In this document: positions 19,665-28,502 of the stretch, piece after piece
Numbering within the stretch: position 1 is the stretch's first letter
Layout: the number at the start of each line of letters is the position of its first letter
Source of the DNA: Candidatus Sulfomarinibacter kjeldsenii
GTDB lineage: Bacteria > Acidobacteriota > Thermoanaerobaculia > Thermoanaerobaculales > Sulfomarinibacteraceae
Assembly (NCBI GenBank): GCA_014764485.1
Contig: JACXWA010000062.1
Coordinates: 1 to 53,542 of the forward strand
Reading direction: 5' to 3'
DNA: 53,542 nt
Program-made: the position numbers and the translations under genes
The notes under the pieces: generated by a model
What the model was told of the DNA's origin: nothing
Seen by the model: the letters and a program-made list of their open reading frames with translations, nothing else
Database searches by the model: none

Positions 19665-20470
19665 AACGCGAACTGTTTGCGGCTGCCGCGATCCCGATCA
19701 TGGTCGTTACAATCGGTTGGTTGCCTGCGTGGGGATTCCTGACAATTCTCGGGGCGGCGGCGTTGCTCGCATGCGACGAGTACCTGAAGCTGGCTCGAGC
19801 CGCTGACATCGTGGTCGGACGATGGCTCGTCCTCATATTGATAGGCTCTCTTCTGGTCGCGTCATGGCTTCACGGTGTCAACGGCCTTGCAGTCGCAGCG
19901 GTTGCCGCGCTGGTGATTCTGCCGACCGTTCGTCTGGCCCGTCCAGAATCACCGCAGGGGAGCCTTGCCGGGGTTGCTGCCGAGTGTTTTGCGGTCCTTT
20001 ATCTGGGAGCAACGGCCGCCTGTCTCGGTTGGTTGCGGCTTTGGCCGGAGGAGCCTGACGGCGTCAAGATTCTGTTCTTCTTCCTTGCCTGCATCTGGGT
20101 AGGTGATTCCGGAGCTTACTATGTCGGGAAGAATTTCGGCCGCCACAAGATGTCACCCAAAATCAGCCCCAACAAAACCTTCGAGGGGCTTGTGGGCGGC
20201 GTTGCCACCACCTATGTGGCCGCAGCCGCTGCGACCTTTGTTCTCGGCCTCGATCTCAGTGTCGTACATATCTTCGCTCTCGCGACCATCCTTGCCGCTG
20301 CCGCCCCGGTGGGGGATCTCATCGAATCGCTCTTCAAACGGGATAGCGGTATCAAGGACTCATCGAATCTGATACCGGGGCACGGTGGATTGCTCGATCG
20401 CACCGATAGCCTCTTTTACCCGGCGCCGCTCGTGCTCGGATACCTCCTGCTGACCGGTCTTGTGGGATGA
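19661..20470 (+). CDS. cdsA: Phosphatidate cytidylyltransferase
   Basis: 269 aa polytopic protein. SGAYYVGKNFGRHK...GHGGLLDRTDS signature. GTGA overlap with uppS. Confidence 0.9.
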   Translation: MKRELFAAAAIPIMVVTIGWLPAWGFLTILGAAALLACDEYLKLARAADIVVGRWLVLILIGSLLVASWLHGVNGLAVAAVAALVILPTVRLARPESPQGSLAGVAAECFAVLYLGATAACLGWLRLWPEEPDGVKILFFFLACIWVGDSGAYYVGKNFGRHKMSPKISPNKTFEGLVGGVATTYVAAAAATFVLGLDLSVVHIFALATILAAAAPVGDLIESLFKRDSGIKDSSNLIPGHGGLLDRTDSLFYPAPLVLGYLLLTGLVG

Positions 20471-21654
20471 AACGCGTCGCTGTCCTTGGATCCACGGGAT
20501 CCATCGGGACTTCGACGCTATCCATAGTGGAGTCGTTTCCCGACCGTTTTCAAATCGTCGCCCTCGCCGCCGGTCGCAACCTCGAGCTGCTGCGGTCACA
20601 GGTTGCCCGCCACAAACCTCTGCTGGTTTCCGTGGCTCGGGCCGACGACGCCAAGACGCTGGCAAGAGAGTTCGGGCACACACGATTCGTTGACGGCCTT
20701 GATGGGCTCGAAGAGGTCGCATGTTTCGAGGCCGCCCACATGATCGTATCGGCGCTTGTTGGTTCGATTGGGCTGGCGCCAACTGTAGCCGCAATCCGCG
20801 CCGGCAAGGACATTGCCCTCGCAAACAAGGAGACTCTCGTAGTGGCCGGCGGTCTCGTCATGGCCGAGGTCGAACAGGCCGGTATCAAATTATTGCCCGT
20901 CGATTCCGAACACGCCGCCCTTCACCAGGTTCTCGGCACCGCTCCGATTGACAGCGTAACGCGCCTGATTTTGACCGCATCCGGCGGTCCATTCCGTACC
21001 TGGCAGCCGAGCCGGATCGCCGAAGCCAATGTCGCTGATGCTCTTGCACACCCGACATGGGAAATGGGGCCGAAAATTACGATCGACTCAGCGACAATGA
21101 TGAACAAGGGGCTGGAAATCATCGAGGCCCATCACCTCTTCACCGTTCCGGAGAATCTCATCGAAGTCGTCGTCCATCCCGAAAGCCTCATCCATTCGAT
21201 CGTCGAGTTCGTCGATGGCGCTCTGATCGCCCAAATGGCGCCCAATGACATGAGATTCCCGATCCTTCATGCCCTTTCATGGCCCGATCGGCTGCCGAGT
21301 CGAATGCCCGGTCTCGACCTCCTCGCGGCCCCCCCGATGACATTTGAATCGCCCGATGAGGAACGATTTCCCTCCCTCCGTTTGGCGAGAGAGGCCCTCC
21401 GTGCCGGCGGCGAAATGCCCGCGGTCCTGAACGCCGCCAACGAAGTTGCCGTGGCCTCCTTCCTCGATGGCATCAGTTCGTTACCATCGATTGCAGCGAC
21501 GGTAGAGGCGACCCTCGAGCGATGGAGTGAACACAACAGTCCGCTGGCCAGCATCGAGCAAGCTCTCACCGCCGATCGAGAGGCACGGGATGTCGCCAGC
21601 GAAGAACTACGGAAATACCTCGACACAGAGGTTGGTTCGGAGAGTAGATGCTGA
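20467..21654 (+). CDS. dxr: 1-deoxy-D-xylulose 5-phosphate reductoisomerase
   Basis: 395 aa. VAVLGSTGSIGTSTL, LANKETLV, NKGLEIIEAHHLF. Confidence 0.95.
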   Translation: MKRVAVLGSTGSIGTSTLSIVESFPDRFQIVALAAGRNLELLRSQVARHKPLLVSVARADDAKTLAREFGHTRFVDGLDGLEEVACFEAAHMIVSALVGSIGLAPTVAAIRAGKDIALANKETLVVAGGLVMAEVEQAGIKLLPVDSEHAALHQVLGTAPIDSVTRLILTASGGPFRTWQPSRIAEANVADALAHPTWEMGPKITIDSATMMNKGLEIIEAHHLFTVPENLIEVVVHPESLIHSIVEFVDGALIAQMAPNDMRFPILHALSWPDRLPSRMPGLDLLAAPPMTFESPDEERFPSLRLAREALRAGGEMPAVLNAANEVAVASFLDGISSLPSIAATVEATLERWSEHNSPLASIEQALTADREARDVASEELRKYLDTEVGSESRC

Positions 21655-22973
21655 CACTTGCTGCTTTCGTCTTTGTCATTGGTGTATTGATCACTATCCA
21701 TGAAGCGGGCCACTTCGCCATGGCTCGGCTCCTCGGGGCGCCGGTCGAGGTCTTCTCGATCGGGTTCGGTAAGCGCCTCTGGGGATTCGAGCGCGGCGGG
21801 ACCGATTATCGAATCTCGCTGGTCCCGCTCGGCGGCTATGTTCGGATTATCGGTCTCGGGCCTGACGAGTCGGACATCGTAGGCGACGGTGCGGACGAAA
21901 TCGAGCTCCTCCCTCGCTGGAAGCGAACACTCATCCTACTGGCCGGGCCACTCACCAATATCGTCGCGGCGGTGGGTTTCGTAGCCCTCGCTTTTATTAT
22001 TGGTGTTGAGGTCCAAGCCTACCTCGACGATCCGCCTGTGGTCGGTTGGGTGGAGCCTGGTTCTGGCGCTGACCTTGCCGGGATTCGCGAGGGAGATCTC
22101 GTGCGGGCAGTGCAGGGAGAACCTTCCGACCGCTGGCGTGATCTCGAGATCGCCCTGCTGACCGCTGGTGGTGGAGAGGTCCTGCTGGAGGTCGAACGAG
22201 ACGGCTCCGTTTCCGAGGTCCCGGTCACCCTCGGGGTTGACTATCTCTACGGCTTTGGGGTGTCGGGGATCAAACCCTTCCTTGACTCCGTCGTCCAGCC
22301 ACGGGCAGGTGGACCGGCCGCCGGCGCCGGCATTCGCGCAGGTGACCGAATCGTGGCCGTCAACGGCAAGCCTGTCGCTCAGTATTACGAACTCCCACTC
22401 CTTATCGAACCGCATCCAGGGATCGAGATCAGACTCGACGTCATCAGGGATCACGACCGACTGAGCTTCGACCTGACGACAATGAACGAGGCCGGGGCGG
22501 GAAAAATCGGTGTGGTTCCGCTTTTTCCAACGGTTGTCGAGAAACTCGGCATCCTTCCAGCGATCAGAGCCGGATTTATCGAGTGTCAGCGCATGACCAT
22601 TCAGACCTTCCAGGTCATCGGCCGCCTCCTGACCGGCAAGGCTTCGATCCGCCAGGTCTCGGGGCCGGTAGGCATCGCTCAAATCTCGGGAGAGGCCGCC
22701 CGTAGCGGCATCGAGGCCTTGATCATGCTGATGGGCATCATCTCGCTCCAGTTAGGCATCTTCAATCTCCTGCCGATACCGATCCTTGATGGCGGACACC
22801 TGACCGTCATCGCTGTCGAGAGCATTATCGGTAGGGACCTGCCGCTCAAGGTCAAGGAGCGCATTCTCGAAGTCGGATTCTACCTTCTCATCTTGTTGAT
22901 GGTGGTGGTGCTCTTCAACGACATCGTCCGCTATCTGCCCGAAAGCGTCCGCCAATTCATATTCCGTGGCTGA
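21648..22973 (+). CDS. rseP: RIP metalloprotease RseP (site-2 protease)
   Basis: 441 aa. HEAGHF zinc motif, PDZ region, C-terminal NLLPIPILDGGH. Confidence 0.92.
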   Translation: MLTLAAFVFVIGVLITIHEAGHFAMARLLGAPVEVFSIGFGKRLWGFERGGTDYRISLVPLGGYVRIIGLGPDESDIVGDGADEIELLPRWKRTLILLAGPLTNIVAAVGFVALAFIIGVEVQAYLDDPPVVGWVEPGSGADLAGIREGDLVRAVQGEPSDRWRDLEIALLTAGGGEVLLEVERDGSVSEVPVTLGVDYLYGFGVSGIKPFLDSVVQPRAGGPAAGAGIRAGDRIVAVNGKPVAQYYELPLLIEPHPGIEIRLDVIRDHDRLSFDLTTMNEAGAGKIGVVPLFPTVVEKLGILPAIRAGFIECQRMTIQTFQVIGRLLTGKASIRQVSGPVGIAQISGEAARSGIEALIMLMGIISLQLGIFNLLPIPILDGGHLTVIAVESIIGRDLPLKVKERILEVGFYLLILLMVVVLFNDIVRYLPESVRQFIFRG

Positions 22974-23042
22974 CCCGCAGCAGGAGGTTGGTGCGACATG
23001 CGGGCTAAGGGTTGAGCCTCTGTCGTGCTAAGGTTTGCGCCG

Positions 23043-23744
23043 ATGGCGAAACGTATTTTGGCTGCCCTGCTCTTCCTATTCTGTGCCGGAATTGTGTTTT
23101 GGTTTGCGCTGGTGCACACCGTTCACCGGGGCACGCTTGCGGTACCCTACCTCGTAGAGAGAAACTTGGAAGAGGCGAGACGACGGGTGCATGACCTCGG
23201 TCTCGAAATGAGGGTGGAAGACCCAGGAGTGTTTTCGACAGCGGTCCTCCCAGGCGCTATCGCCTTCCAGGAGCCGCCACCCGGATTTCATGTCAAATCG
23301 GGCTCGACGGTGACAGTCCGAGTAAGCCTCGGTGGCAAGACGATAGATGTTCCAGAAGTACGCGAGAGCTCTCTCAACACGGCCCAACGCGAAATCGAGC
23401 GAGCAGGCCTGGTGCCGGGCTTACACGCCCGGGTCAAGGGGGAAGGTGCCGCCGACAGAATCATCGCGACCGGTCCACCGGTGGGTCAGCAAGTGGCACC
23501 CGTCACACGGATCGATCTCCTGGTCAATACCGCGCCGCACCGACAACTGTGGGTCATGCCCTCGCTCGTATCGCAATCCCTGGGTCCGGTCGAACAATTC
23601 TGCAGACTGAATCGCTTGCGTCTGGGTCGGGCTCGTGAGGTGAACTACCCCGGTGTCCCTTCCGGGCTCGTTCTCCGCCAGTATCCGCCGGCCGGGTCGC
23701 CGGTGGCACCGTCCGAGATCATCACGGTATGGGTGAGCCGATGA
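23043..23744 (+). CDS. Membrane-anchored protein with three PASTA domains
   Basis: ORF 23025..23744. ATG 23043 (MAKRILAALLFLFCAGIVFWFALV, a TM segment) followed by three ~65-aa PASTA-like units. No kinase or PBP domain. Confidence 0.75.
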   Translation: MAKRILAALLFLFCAGIVFWFALVHTVHRGTLAVPYLVERNLEEARRRVHDLGLEMRVEDPGVFSTAVLPGAIAFQEPPPGFHVKSGSTVTVRVSLGGKTIDVPEVRESSLNTAQREIERAGLVPGLHARVKGEGAADRIIATGPPVGQQVAPVTRIDLLVNTAPHRQLWVMPSLVSQSLGPVEQFCRLNRLRLGRAREVNYPGVPSGLVLRQYPPAGSPVAPSEIITVWVSR

Positions 23745-24406
23745 GTATTCGATTGGCACCGTCGCTTCTCTCGGCCGACTTTTCGCGCCTCGCGGAAGAG
23801 GTGGCTGAGGTCGAGTGGGGAGGTGCAGAGCTTCTGCATCTCGACATCATGGACGGGCACTTTGTGCCCAACTTCACTTTTGGTCCCCCGGTGGTGCGGG
23901 CGATTGCATCGCATTCGAAGATCGCCCTCGACGCGCACCTGATGGTTACCAATCCCGACGATCTCATCGACGATCTCATTGCGGCTCCGGTGGCCCGAAT
24001 CGCGGTCCACGTCGAGGTCTGCAACCATCTCCAGCGCACACTGGAGAATATCCGCGCCGGCGGAGTCGAGGCCGGAATCGCAATCAACCCTGCCTCGGCC
24101 CTTGCGCTGATCGAGGACGCCCTTCCCTGGACCGACTTTGTCCTCATCATGTCGGTCAACCCCGGTTTCGGTGGCCAGGACTTCATCCCCGAGACGCTCG
24201 ACAGAATCAGTCGGTTGCGGCAGATGGCAGGCAAGAGGCCGTTGGACATTGCTGTAGACGGCGGCGTCTGTCTCGAGAATGCCGCATCGCTCGCAAATGC
24301 CGGCGCGACGACCCTGATTGCGGGTTCAGCCATCTTTGGCGTTGATGACAGGGCCTCAGCGATTACCGATTTACGCCTGTCCGCGACCGTTGGAGGTGTG
24401 CGATGA
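23741..24406 (+). CDS. rpe: Ribulose-phosphate 3-epimerase
   Basis: MSIRLAPSLLSADFSRLAEEV, HLDIMDGHFVPN, MSVNPGFGGQ. ATGA overlap with the PASTA gene stop. ATG 23729 is an alternative start. Confidence 0.93.
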   Translation: MSIRLAPSLLSADFSRLAEEVAEVEWGGAELLHLDIMDGHFVPNFTFGPPVVRAIASHSKIALDAHLMVTNPDDLIDDLIAAPVARIAVHVEVCNHLQRTLENIRAGGVEAGIAINPASALALIEDALPWTDFVLIMSVNPGFGGQDFIPETLDRISRLRQMAGKRPLDIAVDGGVCLENAASLANAGATTLIAGSAIFGVDDRASAITDLRLSATVGGVR

Positions 24407-25155
24407 CGTCTGCACGGGGGGTCGCCATCATCATGTTGCCCGTAGTCATCCTCGCTTTCGGCTGCAAAAGCGGCCGCAGCAATGAGGATGCGCTGCTGGA
24501 CCAGTTGGCGAATCTTGACAAAGAAACCATCTTCGAACAGGCCGAAGCCCTGTACTCCGAGAAGGAGTATCAGAAGGCCCGTGAGCTGTTCGCCTTCGTT
24601 TATGACAGCTTCCCGAACGACCCTATGGGACATAAGGCCGCGCTGCGGGTTGCAGACACGTATTCCGCAAAGAACGATGTGACGAATCTCACAGAAGCCC
24701 GGCTTCGGTATCGCGATTTCGCGAACCGTTATCCGAACGATCCGGACCGCGATTATGCCCTTCTGATGGTGGGTCACACGTACTCGGCGCGAAAGCTCCG
24801 CCCGGATCGAGATCTGAGTGATATCCATGAGGCCTTAAGCGCATATGAACAGCTGATCAACCTCTATCCGAACTCGCAATATTTACCGGAGGCGGACTCC
24901 AGGATCAGCGCTCTCTATGAGTTACTTGCGGAGCACGACTGGATTGTCGGCCAATTTTACCAACGAAATAAACGTTACGAGGGCGCGTTGTGGCGGTTCC
25001 AATATATCCAGGAAAATTATCCGAATTTCTCAAAGTTCGACGCCGTGAACGCCAAGATTAGCGATTTGGAATCGCTCATTGAAGAGCGCAACGCCGCGTG
25101 GAAAAAGCGTCTCGAAGAACTGAGAAAAAAGACTGGGGATAAGACCGAGGATTGA
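24403..25155 (+). CDS. bamD: Outer membrane protein assembly factor BamD (lipoprotein, TPR-like)
   Basis: Lipobox LAFGC. Repeated helical YfiO-type pattern (YSEKEYQKARELF, FANRYPNDPDRDYA, NLYPNSQYLPEA). ATGA overlap with rpe. Confidence 0.8.
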   Translation: MTSARGVAIIMLPVVILAFGCKSGRSNEDALLDQLANLDKETIFEQAEALYSEKEYQKARELFAFVYDSFPNDPMGHKAALRVADTYSAKNDVTNLTEARLRYRDFANRYPNDPDRDYALLMVGHTYSARKLRPDRDLSDIHEALSAYEQLINLYPNSQYLPEADSRISALYELLAEHDWIVGQFYQRNKRYEGALWRFQYIQENYPNFSKFDAVNAKISDLESLIEERNAAWKKRLEELRKKTGDKTED

Positions 25156-25214
25156 CGGATCGGGCGCCCATAGGTTAACCTCAAATAGTGTTATTTTCAG
25201 CGGGGAGAGGGCTT

Positions 25215-26303
25215 ATGAGCGCTAAGAATTTGTTCGCCATCATTGCCGTATTCCTTCCCTTGATGGCTGCGGCGCAGTCGGTGGCTCCACCTCCGCAACC
25301 GCTGCATTTTGTCAACGATCACTGGACGCCTTACGATCCGCCGGCGGCGTTTCCAGAAGGCGCCATGGTGCACACCATCGTCAAGGGTGACACGTTGTGG
25401 GATCTTGCTGACCACTATCTGGGGGACCCGTTCCTGTGGCCGCAGATCTGGGAGCGGAACCCTTACATCAAGGACTCGCACTGGATCTACCCTGGTGACC
25501 CGGTGGTGATCGATCTCGCGGTCCAGGAAGCGCCGGTGGCCGAGGCCGATGTTCCTTTCGAAGAGACAGTGACGTCTGAGTACGACGAGGACTTCGGAGG
25601 TGGCGACGAGATCATGCCCCGCCCACTCGGGTCTTCGGCTGATGTCTACTGCTTCGCCGAGCTCGTCCAGGATGAGGGCATCTTCCCGTTTACGGTCGCG
25701 TCGTCTGAACAAATCGAATATCAGGACTCGTACTCCGAAGGCGACGTCCTCTATATCGATGGTGGAATCAACCAGGGTGTGAAGGCCGGTGACCGGTTCT
25801 TCATCCTCCATCGGGTCCGCCCGCTCCATCACCCGGTCTCGAACTCGAAGCTCGGCTTCGTTTTCACCCAGGTCGGCCAGCTCAAGGTGTTGTGCTCGCA
25901 GGAGGACACGTCGATTGCCGAAATTACCTACGCCTGCGACCCAGTTTACATCGGCGATGTCCTGAAACCATTCGCACCAGTTCCCGTTCCCCTGGTGATT
26001 CCTCCCGACCCAACGGACCGTTGCGACGTACCCAACGGCAAGCCAACCGGATACATCACTTATGACCGCGACGACCAGATCGATATTGGGACCCACTGGT
26101 TGGTATTCCTCGACCTCGGCGCAGCCGAGGGCCTCTACCCTGGCACATTTGCAACGGTATTCCGTGACAACCCGGTCAAAGGTATGCCTCGCCTGGTGAT
26201 GGGTGAGGTGGGTGTGCTGACGGTCGACGAAACATACTCGACAGCCCTTGTTACCCAATCCTGGTCACCTCTTGCGGTCGGCGATCGGATCGAAGTGAAG
26301 TAA
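25215..26303 (+). CDS. LysM domain-containing secreted protein
   Basis: ATG 25215 with a GGAGAGG RBS. Signal peptide MSAKNLFAIIAVFLPLMAAAQS. LysM motif HTIVKGDTLWDLADHYLGDPFLWPQIWERNPYIKDSHWIYPGDPVVI. Confidence 0.8.
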   Translation: MSAKNLFAIIAVFLPLMAAAQSVAPPPQPLHFVNDHWTPYDPPAAFPEGAMVHTIVKGDTLWDLADHYLGDPFLWPQIWERNPYIKDSHWIYPGDPVVIDLAVQEAPVAEADVPFEETVTSEYDEDFGGGDEIMPRPLGSSADVYCFAELVQDEGIFPFTVASSEQIEYQDSYSEGDVLYIDGGINQGVKAGDRFFILHRVRPLHHPVSNSKLGFVFTQVGQLKVLCSQEDTSIAEITYACDPVYIGDVLKPFAPVPVPLVIPPDPTDRCDVPNGKPTGYITYDRDDQIDIGTHWLVFLDLGAAEGLYPGTFATVFRDNPVKGMPRLVMGEVGVLTVDETYSTALVTQSWSPLAVGDRIEVK

Positions 26304-26326
26304 CCGTCCCAGAACTGAAACGTCCA

Positions 26327-26355
26327 AAGGGCTCCGGAAACGGAGCCCTTTTGTT
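26327..26355 (+). terminator. Rho-independent terminator
   Basis: AAGGGCTCCG-GAAA-CGGAGCCCTT followed by TTGTT, 24 nt after the LysM gene stop. Confidence 0.8.
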
Positions 26356-26445
26356 ATCCTGGCCCGAGTTACTCATGAGATGTCTACCGTGGCCTCCGTT
26401 GCACAGGACACTGCGCCTCGCCGACCTCGCAAAGAAACCTCATGA

Positions 26446-26943
26446 TTGACGCGGGTTGAATCAATGTTGCCAGAATGGGTTTTTGACGCCGACGACCGCT
26501 CCTTCATGGCGGCAGCCATCGCGGAGGCCGAGGCGGCTGCGGCGCGCGGAGAAGTCCCAGTCGGCGCTGTCGTCACACTCGGTGGTGAAATAGTCGCGCG
26601 CTCCGGAAATCGTCGACAGGAGCAATCAGATCCAGCGGCCCACGCCGAGATCATCGCCCTCCGCGAGGCGGGTCGGGTGGTCGGCGATTGGCGTCTTTCG
26701 AATTGCACCCTCTATGTCACCCTTGAACCATGTCCCATGTGTGCCGCAACCTGCCGAGAGGCCCGGCTCCAGCTCGTGATATGGGGAGCAGAGGATGAAC
26801 GTGCCGGCGCCTTCGGCTCCGTGATCGATCTCGCCGCCGATCCACGACTTGGCCCACCACTGGCACACCGCGGAGGTCTCGAGGAAGACAGGTGCCGAGA
26901 GCTGCTCCTCCGCTTCTTTGCCAAACAACGGCAATCGTCGTAG
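26446..26943 (+). CDS. tadA: tRNA adenosine(34) deaminase
   Basis: CDA zinc motifs HAEIIALREAG and PCPMCA. Start is TTG 26446 or ATG 26464. Confidence 0.92.
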   Translation: MTRVESMLPEWVFDADDRSFMAAAIAEAEAAAARGEVPVGAVVTLGGEIVARSGNRRQEQSDPAAHAEIIALREAGRVVGDWRLSNCTLYVTLEPCPMCAATCREARLQLVIWGAEDERAGAFGSVIDLAADPRLGPPLAHRGGLEEDRCRELLLRFFAKQRQSS

Positions 26944-26961
26944 AATACGGGGCCCGATCGC

Positions 26962-27051
26962 GGAGAGGTGCCGGAGTGGTCGATCGGGGCGGTCTCGAAA
27001 ACCGTTGACCTTTCACGAGGTCCAAGGGTTCGAATCCCTTCCTCTCCGCCA
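26962..27051 (+). tRNA. tRNA-Ser (anticodon CGA), CCA encoded
   Basis: GGAGAGGTGCCGGAGTGG...GGTCTCGAAAACC...long variable arm...GGGTTCGAATCCCTTCCTCTCCGCCA. Anticodon loop CTCGAAA. Confidence 0.9.
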
Positions 27052-27076
27052 GTTTCTTTGAAAAATCGAAGTCTGT

Positions 27077-27166
<90 letters not shown>

Positions 27167-27177
27167 TCTGAATTCTG

Positions 27178-27310
27178 GTGCGAGCCCGGCATGGAGCTCG
27201 GGCCCTGTGCATCGTCGTCCTTCGAACCGTGTCAGACCCGGAAGGGAGCAGCACTAAGGGGGAATACGACGAGTGCCGCAGGTCGCCTGGGCTCCATGGC
27301 GGGCTCGTTT
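27178..27310 (+). ncRNA. ffs: Signal recognition particle RNA (small bacterial 4.5S type)
   Basis: Domain IV core GTCAGACCCGGAAGGGAGCAGCACTAAGG closely matches E. coli 4.5S GUCAGGUCCGGAAGGAAGCAGCCAAGG (GGAA tetraloop, AGCAGC). It is closed by a long terminal stem, GCGAGCCCGGCATGGAGC (27180-27197) pairing with GCTCCATGGCGGGCTCG (27291-27307). Ends are approximate. Confidence 0.8.
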
Positions 27311-27316
27311 CTCCCT

Positions 27317-27340
27317 CGTCCGCGCCCGCGTCCGCGCCCG
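27317..27340. repeat. Tandem 12-mer (CGTCCGCGCCCG)x2
   Basis: cgtccgcgcccgcgtccgcgcccg read directly, between the SRP RNA 3' end and the stop of the minus-strand glycosyltransferase gene. Confidence 0.85.
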
Positions 27341-27349
27341 ATCTCAGAA

Positions 27350-28444
27350 TTAACCAATCAGCGATCCAAACCTCTCCAAAATAACCTCCGCCGCCCGAAC
27401 CGCTCCATTCGGCTGATCTGGTTTCCGGCGCGGAATCTCGAGGAGCTCATTCGCCGCAGCAAGCCAGGCACCACCCCGCAGCTCACCCTCTCCAATCTCT
27501 GCCGCAACCATGTGTTCCTCAACCCACTGTGCGAGGATCGGTGATTCCGGGAAACGCGGACGCCCCAGAAAGGCGAGTGCCGCGCCTGCGCCATGGGCCT
27601 CGGCCACCGTGCTGTAACCCAACTTACTGACCACTAGATCCGACGCCCCCACCAGGTCGGGATGATAGTAACCGCTATGAAAAGGGAGCAAAAGAAACCG
27701 ACCCCGGTGATGCATCTCTCCCTCAGATCCGCCCGGGACCACGACCCAGGCGCCATCGGAATGATCGAAACCCGCGAAGTCTCCATAGTTCCAAGGCACG
27801 CCTCCCATGCTCGCCACGATCATAGGCTCGTCCGGTGGCACTCCAAGTGAGGCGCGAATTGCCTCTCTTCCCGATCTCGGCGATCTCGCCACCGGTCCCA
27901 CGTTGACTGCCGTCGGTGACGGCTCACACATCGGGTCTGTTTGAATTCTGAGGTTGGCAGAGGCAAAGATCTCGACCATCCTTCGACCATGCTGGCGTAA
28001 TCGCGACGTCCCGTCAGGATAGTTGAGATAGATCCAATCCCAGGTGAAGTTTTCAACCAAAACTGACGGTATTCCGGCGCTGGCGGCGGCCACCAATCCG
28101 AGAGGCGAGATATCGGCGATGACGACGGAACATCCAAGCATCTGAAGTCTGGCCGCCAGGCGGTCGACGATATCCGGGTCATCAAAACGGTTTCGATCGA
28201 GAAGATCGCAGGTTGCTTCCAGATCTTCGACCAACGGAGAGCATTGGGCCATCCCGACATCACTGGCAAAGCGGTGATAGGAAAAGCCATGAGGAAGGGA
28301 CTCTGAAAAGAACCACTTCGGCACCTCGGTGAATACCTCGAAGTGGATCGCCGGGCATTGCCGGTGAACTTCCGCCATCACCGCACAGGCCCGTGCAGCG
28401 TGGCCAAATCCGTGCGGTGACACGATGTACGCCACCCGTCCCAT
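27350..28444 (-). CDS. GT-B fold glycosyltransferase (MurG/GT28-like)
   Basis: ORF 27350..28552 trimmed to ATG 28444 (MGRVAYIVSPHGFGHAARACAV, a Gly-rich N-terminal loop typical of GT-B enzymes). C-terminal ...SKLGYSTVAEAHGAGAALAF resembles the donor-binding region. Family assignment is tentative. Confidence 0.55.
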   Translation of the reverse strand: MGRVAYIVSPHGFGHAARACAVMAEVHRQCPAIHFEVFTEVPKWFFSESLPHGFSYHRFASDVGMAQCSPLVEDLEATCDLLDRNRFDDPDIVDRLAARLQMLGCSVVIADISPLGLVAAASAGIPSVLVENFTWDWIYLNYPDGTSRLRQHGRRMVEIFASANLRIQTDPMCEPSPTAVNVGPVARSPRSGREAIRASLGVPPDEPMIVASMGGVPWNYGDFAGFDHSDGAWVVVPGGSEGEMHHRGRFLLLPFHSGYYHPDLVGASDLVVSKLGYSTVAEAHGAGAALAFLGRPRFPESPILAQWVEEHMVAAEIGEGELRGGAWLAAANELLEIPRRKPDQPNGAVRAAEVILERFGSLIG

Positions 28445-28502
28445 GGCGGGGGAGTGTACTACGTGCACCCTCCAACACTGGAGTACGTGGTAGGATGCCC
28501 CT

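Noticed and set aside
23722-26258. Large antisense ORFs 23722..24828 (368 aa) and 25197..26258 (353 aa)
   Set aside because: They lie opposite rpe/bamD and the LysM gene, which carry clear family motifs. The compositions are Arg-rich and no motifs are present.
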